Below are positions 46,551 to 55,833 of a DNA stretch of 64,000 bases, one piece after another. This DNA is from Chloropicon primus. Lineage: Eukaryota. The stretch lies in the NCBI GenBank assembly GCA_023205875.1, contig CP060755.1:310001-374000 (forward strand). The letters are read 5' to 3'. Made by a program: the position numbers and the translations under genes. Numbering within the stretch: position 1 is the first letter of the stretch; each line of letters opens with the position of its first letter. The notes under the pieces were generated by a model. It was not told the DNA's origin, did no database searches, and worked only from the letters and a program-made list of their open reading frames with translations.

Positions 46551-47459
46551 ATGAGACCCCGCGTCACGTCCCTGGTGGGAAACGAGGGGCGGTACGGCCT
46601 GGTGCACTGTTGTGCAATCTGCCTGATTTACGTGGGAAGCGTGCAGGGGTGTCGGACTCTCGTCAGGCCGTCGTCCAGAAACGCGCCGAGGCAGATCGCT
46701 GCGAGGGCGGTCGCCCTGGTCCTGGTGTGCTCCGTGTCGTGGCTCCCCCTCTGGGTGACTCTGCGAAGAGCGAAGAGGGCTGATGGGGACTCGCTGGCGA
46801 GCGAGACTCTGCTTCGCCTGGGGATCAAGTCCAGCGGAATCTTGCGCGGGGTTGCGTTCGCGGAGCTTTCGGCCGTCGCACTTCTCCTTGCTCCCGCAAT
46901 CGAGAGGGTCGGCGAGGCCCTGCAGCGCTGCCGGGGGCGGCAGCGCGCCGGTGCCGGCTGGCCCGCGCTCTGGGAAGGCGGTTCGGCTCTGGAGTTCGCG
47001 AGGGACGTCGTTTTCTCCCCCATCACGGAGGAGTTCTGCTTCAGGGGGTGCATGTGCTCGCTCCTCGTGGCGGAAGGCTACGGCGTGTTCGCGGTGTTCG
47101 CCGTCACCTCTCTCCTCTTCGGCCTCGCTCACACCCACCACCTCATCGAATTCCTTTCGCCGGGTCGGCTGGAGCGCGGCGCGTCTCACCGCCAGCGCAG
47201 GGGCGCGCTCGGGAAAGCGGTGGCCGAAACGGGGGTCCAGGTCGGCTTCACCACCCTCTTTGGACTCTACGCCTGCAGAATCTTCTTGCACACGGGGAGT
47301 CTGGCGGCTTGCATCCTGGCGCACATGACAGCCAACTTTCTGGGTCCTCCCGACTTCGAATCGATCGCGAGCAGCCCAAGGTACGCCGCGTCCACGTTCC
47401 TGGGCCTCCTCCTCTTCGGCTTGCTCGTATTCCAAGGCGTGCCCGAGCCCCTCCCGTGA
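46551..47459 (+). CDS. RCE1: CAAX prenyl protease 2 (RCE1/Abi family)
   Basis: SPITEEFCFR, FGLAHTHH, TTLFG.Y, H...NFLGPPDF. Confidence 0.88.
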   Translation: MRPRVTSLVGNEGRYGLVHCCAICLIYVGSVQGCRTLVRPSSRNAPRQIAARAVALVLVCSVSWLPLWVTLRRAKRADGDSLASETLLRLGIKSSGILRGVAFAELSAVALLLAPAIERVGEALQRCRGRQRAGAGWPALWEGGSALEFARDVVFSPITEEFCFRGCMCSLLVAEGYGVFAVFAVTSLLFGLAHTHHLIEFLSPGRLERGASHRQRRGALGKAVAETGVQVGFTTLFGLYACRIFLHTGSLAACILAHMTANFLGPPDFESIASSPRYAASTFLGLLLFGLLVFQGVPEPLP

Positions 47460-47614
47460 GTCGGTCGTGCGGAGCCGAACAACAAGTCGAGAGACGGAAT
47501 GGTCACCGAGAGTGACAAGAGCGCGCGTGTGGTCGGCCATTGTCAATTGCCTTTGGACAACCACGGGACCCAAGCTCCCTATTTGTAATGTAATCCAAAT
47601 ATCTTATCCATAAG

Positions 47615-48060
47615 ATGGGTGGAGGAGGAGGGTATCGTCGTTCCCGGGAGGGTTGTTGGACGTTCAGGGGGTCCGCGCACTATCAGTTCCACCTCGTCAA
47701 GTCCTCTGTCGCTCGCCAATACGTCCCTCCGGTAAGTTCCCAACAAGCAAACCTTCCTGTCGCACTCACCATGGACTGAACTGAACTGACTCCCCCCCAC
47801 ACACACACACACGCACGCACACGCACGCACTCTCTCACTCTGTGTACGGACGCTTGGATGATGGGATGGGATGGGACGCGCTTGCCGTCGTCGTGCAGGA
47901 GATGCCTCTGGTGGAGTTGAACGGGTACACACTGGGAGGCTTCTACTACGCGAACTACGAGGATAGCCCTGCCGGTCCGATGGATGAGCTCGTGGTGCTG
48001 TCCGGACTCGTTTGGAATGCCCCGACGTCCTGTGCTTGGGCCTCCCACGTCCTCCTCGAT
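47615..48060 (+). pseudogene. NXD1: NEOXANTHIN-DEFICIENT 1-like gene, 3'-truncated at the Fanzor element; intron 47732-47898
   Basis: WTFRGSAHYQFHLVK|..LVELNGYTLGGFYYANYEDSPAGPMDELVVLSGLVWNAPTSCAWASHVL; similarity then ends and no C-terminal half was found in the window. Confidence 0.75.
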
Positions 48061-48061
48061 C

Positions 48062-48165
48062 TCAAGAAAGATCTTATCCAGTGTCCTGCTTGGTTTCAAC
48101 CTGGATCCATAGCCCTTGCCGCTACAGAGGGCGTCGCAGCGCTGGCGGCCAAATCTCGCGTGGGA
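48062..48165 (-). ncRNA. Putative Fanzor omega-RNA scaffold / element right end (boundaries approximate)
   Basis: Overlaps the Fanzor stop; minus-strand stems CGCTGCG/TGTAGCG and ATCCAG/CTGGAT enclosing GGT-TGAA-ACC; position is typical for TnpB/Fanzor. Confidence 0.45.
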
Positions 48166-50171
48166 CAGACCAATTTTGTGCATGGAGGAAAGCACTGGCG
48201 ATGGCGAGGATGTTGTCCGAGCCGTTATCGTCGCGGGGCACTTCCATACTGCATTTGGGGCAGGACAAAACTCCGTACTGGGGACGTCCCTTCTTTGATG
48301 GTGGTCCGTTTCCTCGGCTTCTATCACTCTTGTGCACTCTCCGCAGCGCAGTGGAGATGTTCTTCTGAGAGCATGCTGCGCACATCTTGGAGGTGTTGTA
48401 TTCATCGACGAAGAAGAATCTCCCTGGTGTGGTCTTCGTCACCAAAAACCTTTTGAGCCCGATGCAAGGCCCGGGAGGGCGTCCCCTGATGCCAGAGGGG
48501 AAGTTTGCGGCTCCGCAGAAGACGATGTGTGACGCCGTCGGGAAGAGTTTGCTTGCTATGAACTCCATAGTTCGCTGCTTTCGCCCAAAAGTCTCCAACC
48601 CTTTTCGACGCCAGCGCCGTTGCCCCAAAAAAATCGATGGCGTTGGAGAGGAAGGTGAGCCGGGTCCCAATCGCCGCCTGGAGGCGATCTACACTTGTGA
48701 GCTTCAGAGAAATGGCGCGGTCGTTCAATCTCTGTTGGAGATTGTTGGGGGCTCTGCTCAGCCACTGGTGTGCCAAAATATTCCTCTTCGTGAAACCACA
48801 GCGGTCGCGGTAAGCGGAGAGGTGAAGAGAAAAGGTCCTCTTCCTCCCCCTCTCCAGAATGTTCGCGTAGACGACAAAAATTCGGCCGGGATCAACGCCC
48901 ACGGTGTTCCGGGGATCGAACTGAGAAGGCTTGGTGGCACACCGCTCCCCTTGGCCTATATAGTTGTTGTCGGGACGAGCGAGGATCACCTCTTCGACAA
49001 CGACCACGACGCTGAGGCCATCGGTTCGAAAGTGCCTAGCGAATGCCTTGGTACGTCCATTCGTGTGGCCCTTCTTGGCGATGTTGTTCACCTTCTTGGT
49101 GAAAATCTTCTCCCACCCACGGCCACCATCATAGCCCCAGAGTTCCAGGCAAGATCGCGAGACATTGATCATTGGATACTGCACCCGGCAGACAGGCACC
49201 AGAGTGAAACGCTTGATCGGAAGGTCCGAGGCCTCTACCGTTTTGAGCATCATATACCTGAACACGACCATGTTTCTCTCTTGCTCCGCGGGGTCGAGAA
49301 CGTTGTCGGTGCCGTGCATAAAGTCTGCAACGCCAAAGCCCTGAACGAGGGCCAGCTCGTTGTGGTAGTGTTGAACGAGGTCGGGGCTCCGGGGCTGCGA
49401 CTCGCTCAAAAGGGCTGCTCGGAGAGCGGCAGCCTCGGATTTGTTCAGTTGGTACTTTGCTCTCAGGTATTGCTTCATGTGATTGAAGGTCCCGTACTTG
49501 AGGAAGTTTGACCAATTCGTCCTGAGAACTTGTGCAGCTTCCGTGATGACATGCGACAGGAGCGCCCGCGATGGCAGACGCAGAGAGGTCTCGGCAGCTG
49601 TGGCGGCCTGAACCAACGCCGCCATGGATGCCTGGAGCAATGTCCACTCCTGTGACGTTGGTTCCCTCGAATTGGGCGTGTGGGAGACGGTGCGGAGGTA
49701 GTGACCTATCGAAACCCGATCCATCGCTGGAACACACCTCCAAAACCTCCTCTTGAGGAGTTGGATGTCCGCCACCGGCCCCCCCTCCCGCTCAGCCCTG
49801 AGTTGATTGAGCTCAGTCACCATCTCTCCGCACCGACGGTGAAAGGTTTCGAGATCAGCAGAAGCCCCGGGCAGTTCCCCAAGCCGACGAGCATGGTGGA
49901 GGGCCATCAACACCGTGCCGAGATGGGTTATCAACCCCATTCTTCTTGAGGCATCCTCCAATTCGACCCCAAGGCTGTCCCGCAACCTGGGCTGGAGAGC
50001 TGAATGGAGACCGATCTTATACGTCCTAAAAATTTTTTTCTTCTTCCCCTTCTTCTCCTTCTCCTTCTCCTTCTTCCCCTTCCTCCTCTTTGAATGGGAT
50101 CGGCGAGGAGAACGCGAACCACGTAGACGCTTGGCAGTAGGACGTGAGGTCGAAGGGCCGTCGGAGGTCAT
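48122..50171 (-). mobile_element. Fanzor (eukaryotic TnpB-like RuvC nuclease, Fanzor1-like) gene with one frameshift near 48623-48633
   Basis: FRTDGLSV, RuvC-I VGVDPG, bridge-helix-like WRRKGLETFGRKQR, RuvC-II VDEYNTSKMC, CxxC..CxxC, RuvC-III RDDNGSDNI; basic NLS-like N-terminus. Confidence 0.88.
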
Positions 50172-50262
50172 GGTGTCGAAGTAGAGTTAATGTGGAAGTG
50201 CCCAGCCCCCCTCCCTCCCCCCCTCTCTCCTCTCCTCTCCTCTCCTCTCTTTTTTTGATGTT

Positions 50263-50325
50263 GTGGCTGTGGCTGTGGCTGTGGCTGTGGCTGTGGCTGT
50301 GGCTGTGGTTGTGGCTGTGGTCGTG
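50263..50325 (+). repeat. (GTGGCT)n microsatellite
   Basis: About 10 hexamer units upstream of the Fanzor ATG. Confidence 0.9.
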
Positions 50326-50656
50326 GAAATTTTGAAAGTGTCATCGGAGACCACGACCCTCACCCTCAGTTGTGAACGTCCGTCGTCGCACCAGGCCGGT
50401 CGCTTGCCCGAGCGACCGGCCTGCCCGAGCGACCGGCCTGCCCGAGCGACCAGCACTTCCCTTGGCGACGCCGTGTGCCCATCACCATGGTGTGCCCAGC
50501 CATGATGAAGCTGGGCTTCATTAGTCGAGACTGAGAGGGGCTTGCGTTCTCGTTTTTTGTTTCCTTGTGTTTCTTTTTTAAGTGAACGCGCCCCCATAGT
50601 CGAGGCCACAGCTCGAAGACTCAAAGAGCGTGCGAACTCGACAGTCCCTGGCATCG

Positions 50657-51135
50657 GCGGGGTGATTGGTTGTGGACGATGAAAGGAGCAGCCTTGCGTG
50701 CCTACATGTTTCAAGACTCTTGATTCTGAAACAGCCAACCAACCAAGCCTCGCCACCGCCGGGGTGAGCTCCGACACGCCTGCATGAAAGTGTTTTACAC
50801 TCGGGGCAGCTCCTTCCTCTTCGGAGTGAGAGTAGTCCGGATGGCTCTCTACATTGGATGGAAGTGTCACCTTCCATTCTAAGGCGTTTCGATTCGCTGG
50901 TGGAGGGCCGCATAGAATACAATCGAAGGTACCTGATGGGAGTAACCCTCCGGGGTAACTTTTGCGTGATGGTATCGTGTAATCAAATGATGAGAAGCAA
51001 CGTAGACGCAGCGCAGGCCGAAGCTAGGGCGAAGCCCTGGTGGAGCCCTGGTGGAGCCCTGCGGGTGCGTCATGAGTGTGATCGCTCTCACCAGCGATCA
51101 CACAAGGATTCATTTGCTAATCTGATGTACTATGT
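50657..51135 (+). repeat. Structured non-coding dispersed repeat, copy C (longest)
   Basis: Homologous to copies A and B; perfect 11-bp hairpin at 51076-51103. Confidence 0.92.
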
Positions 51136-51348
51136 AATCGTAATCCCTAATCCCACGGGAGGAAATTCCTAGAAGCCATTTCAGCCAAGAGATTGTCGGA
51201 GGAGCAGGGAGGCACGGAAGAGTCACTCGGAGAGAGAGGCCGTAGGGACGAGGAGGTGCGAGGGGGGGGACCATGGTGTGAGGACGGAGGGAACGCAAGG
51301 ACTGTGATTTTGCTTGCTTGTTTGCGCGGGAAGACCCTTGCGGAGGAC

Positions 51349-53126
51349 ATGGAGGGGGGAGGCGAGAGCCAGTTCCTGCAGTTTGAGCTCGAGCACGAGC
51401 TCAAGTGCCCGCTGTGTGGGGACTTTTTGAACGATGCGACGGCTACGGCGTGCTCCCACTCCTTCTGCAGGAAGTGCATACGGGCTAACTTGGACCAACA
51501 GGAGGGGGACACGAAGGTTTGCCCAGTTTGCAAGGTAAGGAGAGGGAAAGAGAGAAAGAGATGACGTGTGCGTCCGCGTGCGTTTCGTTCAAGTTCGGTG
51601 CTGACCCTTTGCCTTTCCGTTCTCCTTTGCTGCAGACTCACGTAGAGGTCGAAAGCCTGGCGAGCAACGAGAAGCTCAACAAGATTGCGTCGATATTCAG
51701 GGCGAAGCGGAGCTTGCAGAACAGGAGCACAGCGGCCGCGAAGAACGAGTTGGGCTACGAGATGTTCTACTACTTTCTGCAGTACACGAAGGCGAAGCAA
51801 GTTCAGCTTCTCCGTGAGGTGAAGAGCAACATTTTGTCCCTGGACCAGGACCTCAGCACCGTGAGGAGGCGGCTGGAAGCGAGCACCGGCATAGGACTCC
51901 GGGACCCCACCACCACGGGGGCGCCCGACCCGAGGCAGCTCGAGGTGATCAACCAGCGGGTGAGGGAGGACCTGCGGCACTACCCGCACTTGACAAGCAT
52001 TCTCCCGAGGCTCGATAACTTTTACGTGTACAACAAGAACGTCTCGGTCCTAGCGGGCTCGAAAAGGAAGGGTTGGGACGCCAGCAACTCGGTGAACGAG
52101 AACATCCAGGTGAAGCGGAGGGAGCAGTATGTCGACGGGGTAGCGGAGACCCTTTTGAACATATCGAAGCACCACAGGCTCAAGTTCGAGGTCGAGATTC
52201 CGTATGGCGACATGATGCAAAAGTCCGCAATTATTTCTAGCATTGGGTTTAACTCAAACCATGAGTGCTTTGCGACCGCTGGGGTCTCCAAGAGGATCAA
52301 AATATACGACTTCAAGAACGTGATGGAGGACAGGTTCAGAATTCCGTGCCCCATCCTGGAGCTCACGTGGCGGTCCAAGCTGAGCGACCTGGACTGGAAC
52401 AAGCAGGAGAAGTCTCTCCTCGCCACGAGTGACTACGACGGGATGATCTCTGTTTGGGACGTTGATTCGGGGGAAAACATACTGGAGTACGACGAGCACG
52501 AGAAGCGGGCGTGGAGCGTGAACTTTAGCAAGACGGACGCGAGCCTCCTGGCCTCAGGGAGCGACGACGGGACAGTCAAGGTGTACTCCACAAAGCAAAA
52601 CAGGAGTGTGCTGACTGTGGAGACTATGGCGAATGTCTGTTCCGTGCAGTACCACCCAACAAATTTTCACTACATGGCGATTGGGTGCAGCGACCACCAG
52701 GCGTATGTCTACGACCTGCGGAATCCAAACGAGCCCGTGGTGACCTTGTCTGGCCACAAGAGGGCCATCTCGTACGCGGCCTACAGCAAGGACAACGAGA
52801 TTATCACGGCGTCAACGGACAACACGCTGAGGCTGTGGAACGTGAACAATGGGGAGACGAAGAGGGTTCTGAGTGGGCACGAGAATCAGAAGCACTTTGT
52901 CGGCCTGGCCCTCAAGGATGACTGGGTGGCGGTCGGGAGTGAGACAAACGAGCTCTTTGTGTACAACAAGGCGCTGGATTCGCCCATACACCGGTACAGT
53001 TTCGACGAATCCAGCGAGATGCACAACTCCAACCATTTCATTAGCGCCACCTGCTGGAAGCCTCGGTCTGACATTATTCTGTGCGCCAGCAGTGACGGGA
53101 ACTTGAGGGTATTAAGGTTAGAGTAG
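51349..53126 (+). CDS. COP1: COP1-like E3 ligase (RING, coiled coil, WD40); intron 51534-51634
   Basis: CPLC..ATATACSHSFC..CI..CPVC; FATAGVSKRIK, EYDEHEKRAWSV, ASGSDDG, ASTDNTLRLW, GSETNE. Confidence 0.92.
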
Positions 53127-53259
53127 TCTTGTAATTTTATGTCTGTGTACTTTCACTCTCTTGGTGGCGAAGGGCCCAGCTCCCCGCGTGGGTCGAAATC
53201 CTATTCCAAAAATGACAATGTTGTTGCGTATACAATTACAGTGGAGTAAATTAGCTGCT

Positions 53260-54033
53260 CTACTCTTCAGAGCTGTAGATGGGGAGCGACACACTCGCGG
53301 TTGTTTTGACGTATATCCTTCGGACGTTCTTCCACTCTCCTATGGACTCCATGCTGGACAGCTTCTCCACCACCTCCAGCAGGTTCTCCAGTATCTGATC
53401 CGGGCTGTGCTCCTGGGGCCGGCCGATCCTCACCGTGAAGCAAGAGCCCCCGGAAAGGTAGACGTAAGTGCTCTTGATCGCGTCCTCGATGTTCTGCTTC
53501 CATTTTGCGTTGCTCCCCCTGAGATCGACCGGCAAAGGCTGCTTCTTCTTCTTGAAAAAGGTCTTGCCGAGGAGTTTGGGCAGGAGCGGCAGAATTCTCG
53601 TGTCCGCGAGGAACAGCGCGTAGTCCTTACAAAGCTGCCTCTTCTGCTCGTGCGTGGCAAACTTCTTCTTCAGGTTGCTCACCCTGAGAACTTTCGACAC
53701 GCCAAGGATGTTCCCCTCCTGAATGTTGGCCTTCGCTTTCTTCTTTCCTTCTCCGGCAACGTCCTTGACGATGAGGCACGACTCCGCTTCCTCAAGGCTG
53801 TAGATCGGGTGGGATATTTTGATCCTCACCGGTTTGTCCTTCCTCACCGGGTTCGACTTCTTCAGGGTCACCGTCAAGTGCAAGAAGTCGTCGCCGTTGG
53901 AGTCCCCGCTGTCGAACAAGCTCTGCTTCGAGGATGCCCCCTTCCCCCCCTCCTTCCTCTCCTTCTTCAGCCAGGCGTACAGAGCCTTTATGGCCTTCTT
54001 CGCCTGCGCGGAGTCCACACTCGCGTCACCCAT
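53260..54033 (-). CDS. RSL1D1: Ribosomal L1 domain-containing protein (RSL1D1/Utp30-like)
   Basis: KPVRIKISHP, CLIVKD, YALFLADTRILPLLPKLLGKTFFKKKKQPLPV, KTTASVSLPIY. Confidence 0.9.
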   Translation of the reverse strand: MGDASVDSAQAKKAIKALYAWLKKERKEGGKGASSKQSLFDSGDSNGDDFLHLTVTLKKSNPVRKDKPVRIKISHPIYSLEEAESCLIVKDVAGEGKKKAKANIQEGNILGVSKVLRVSNLKKKFATHEQKRQLCKDYALFLADTRILPLLPKLLGKTFFKKKKQPLPVDLRGSNAKWKQNIEDAIKSTYVYLSGGSCFTVRIGRPQEHSPDQILENLLEVVEKLSSMESIGEWKNVRRIYVKTTASVSLPIYSSEE

Positions 54034-54552
54034 CGTCGCACCTCGAGACAGCCCACTCGCGAACTCTCTCTCTCTCTTTCCACCCTCTCGCAATCCTGCA
54101 CGTCCTTCGCTTCAGGCGAATACGTCGTCAAAATCGTCGAATGACCCACCAACCGAAAGCTCGTGACTCGTACTCTCGTTCTGACAAACTTCCACGACAA
54201 CTCCACGGCTCACCTCTCTTCCAACCCTCGTCAAACTCTCCAGGTTCCCCCTCCTCGTTCCCACTCCAGCGCCTCCTGGTCTTGCAGACTCTGGCGGCTC
54301 AAGTCATCCTCATCCAGTGTAAACAATCGTACACCTTGTTTTGCTTGTCTGGCAAAGCAAAGCAAAGCAAAGCAAAGCAGAGGAGAGAGGAGAGGAGCAG
54401 CTTGGTTTGGAGAGGCTTCCGGGGGTTGGAGCTTGAGGGTGTCGTGACACGAAAGTCAGTCGTCTCGAGATCTTTCGTACCGTGGGTCGGTCGACGGATT
54501 TGGTGCATTTTAGCGGGAGGTGGAGGGGCGGGCTTGAGATCACTTCTGGGTA

Positions 54553-55788
54553 ATGGGGGGCTGGTTGCTTGATAGTCTGGTGGGGACGTCGACGTCAGGG
54601 GACGGGAGGAAGGTGTACGAGCGATTCGTGGACAGTTTTGTGGCCTCTTCGATCAATGGTGGAACGCCTCAGCTGGTTGGCGAGGTGGTTAAGCCACCTC
54701 AGAGCGTGGAGAAGGACGAGAGGAACGGCAGGAGCAGTTTCTCGTTCGCGTCTTCGTTGTGGCAGAAGGGGGGTCGAGGGGGCCCCGTGAGCTTCTACCC
54801 CGCGGCGAAGAGGCTCGTCGCGATCGGAGACCTCCACGGAGACTTCCAAAAGGCGGTGAAAGCGTTCAGGGTGGCCGGGTTAATTGACGAGAGCACCAAC
54901 TGGGTGGGTGGGGAGACCGTGGCGGTGCAGGTGGGCGACGTGCTCGACAGGGGTGGCGCGGAGATCCGGATCTTTCACTTTCTGGAGAAGCTCAAGAGGC
55001 AGGCCGCGAGCCAGGGGGGGGCTCTCCACGTCCTGAATGGGAACCACGAGATCATGAACGTCGCGGGGAGGTTCAGGTACGCCACCGCGGAGGGGCTGGA
55101 GGAATTCCACCGGTGGGAGAAGGTGCTCCGGTTTGGTGAAAAGCTCAAGTGCATGTGCCACAAAGACGGTGAGAAGTGCAGGGCAGGTATCCCTGAACTG
55201 AGCGCCACTGGCCTGGAAGCGAGGAGGGAGGCCCTGAAGCCAGGGGGCCACCTGTCCAAGCACTTCCTGGCGCACTATCCGGTGGCTCTCGTCGTGGGGT
55301 CTAGCGTCTTTGTCCACGGAGGCCTGCACCCCAAGCACGCAGATTATGGGATCGAACGAATGAACAGCGAGGCGAGTGAGTGGATAAGGGGGGAGAGCAA
55401 GGAATCGGCGGTCCCGTGGTTTCTGAGTGGGAGAAACGCCATCGTGTGGTCGAGAATGTACTCCATGCCGCAGGAGGAGAAGTGTGACTGTGGCATGCTT
55501 TTCGAGGCACTGGGCAAGCTGCCGAGGAAACGAGGAAACGAGGAAACGAGGAGGATGGTCGTTGGCCACACGATTCAATATCCCATGGGAATCAACGCAG
55601 TTTGCGATGGCAGCGTGTTCAGAGTGGACGTCGGCGCTTCCAAGGGGTGTGCTGACGCCGAACCAGAGGTGCTGGAGATCATCGAGGACAGGGAGGTGAG
55701 GAGACTTCGAGCCCACGTGGCCCCTCAAATTTTAGTGGGCGCAACAGAAGCAGTGAAAAAGTACAAGCGATCACTGGTTAAAGGGTGA
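54553..55788 (+). CDS. Shewanella-like protein phosphatase (SLP2-like)
   Basis: GDLHGD, GDVLDRG, GNHE, FVHGG, MVVGHTIQ, RVDVG.S. Confidence 0.9.
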   Translation: MGGWLLDSLVGTSTSGDGRKVYERFVDSFVASSINGGTPQLVGEVVKPPQSVEKDERNGRSSFSFASSLWQKGGRGGPVSFYPAAKRLVAIGDLHGDFQKAVKAFRVAGLIDESTNWVGGETVAVQVGDVLDRGGAEIRIFHFLEKLKRQAASQGGALHVLNGNHEIMNVAGRFRYATAEGLEEFHRWEKVLRFGEKLKCMCHKDGEKCRAGIPELSATGLEARREALKPGGHLSKHFLAHYPVALVVGSSVFVHGGLHPKHADYGIERMNSEASEWIRGESKESAVPWFLSGRNAIVWSRMYSMPQEEKCDCGMLFEALGKLPRKRGNEETRRMVVGHTIQYPMGINAVCDGSVFRVDVGASKGCADAEPEVLEIIEDREVRRLRAHVAPQILVGATEAVKKYKRSLVKG

Positions 55789-55833
55789 GCTCTGAATATA
55801 CCACATGATAATTACTCAACGGTGCTTACTGCC

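Noticed and set aside
50187..50870. Minus-strand ORF through the structured repeat (EEGAAPSVKHFHAG.., also 10705-11004)
   Set aside because: Shared only because the DNA is repeated; starts and ends differ between copies and indels track hairpins rather than codons.
50985..51125. Box C/D snoRNA reading (ATGATGA..CTGA)
   Set aside because: Box C is degenerate in copy A (ATGATGT) and the segment is embedded in a larger dispersed repeat; no terminal stem found.
50657..51135. Telomerase RNA, RNase P/MRP, group I/II intron, hammerhead, or canonical Helitron 3' end
   Set aside because: No template or diagnostic core motifs seen by eye; homology runs past the CTAA after the hairpin, so a canonical CTRR end is not supported.
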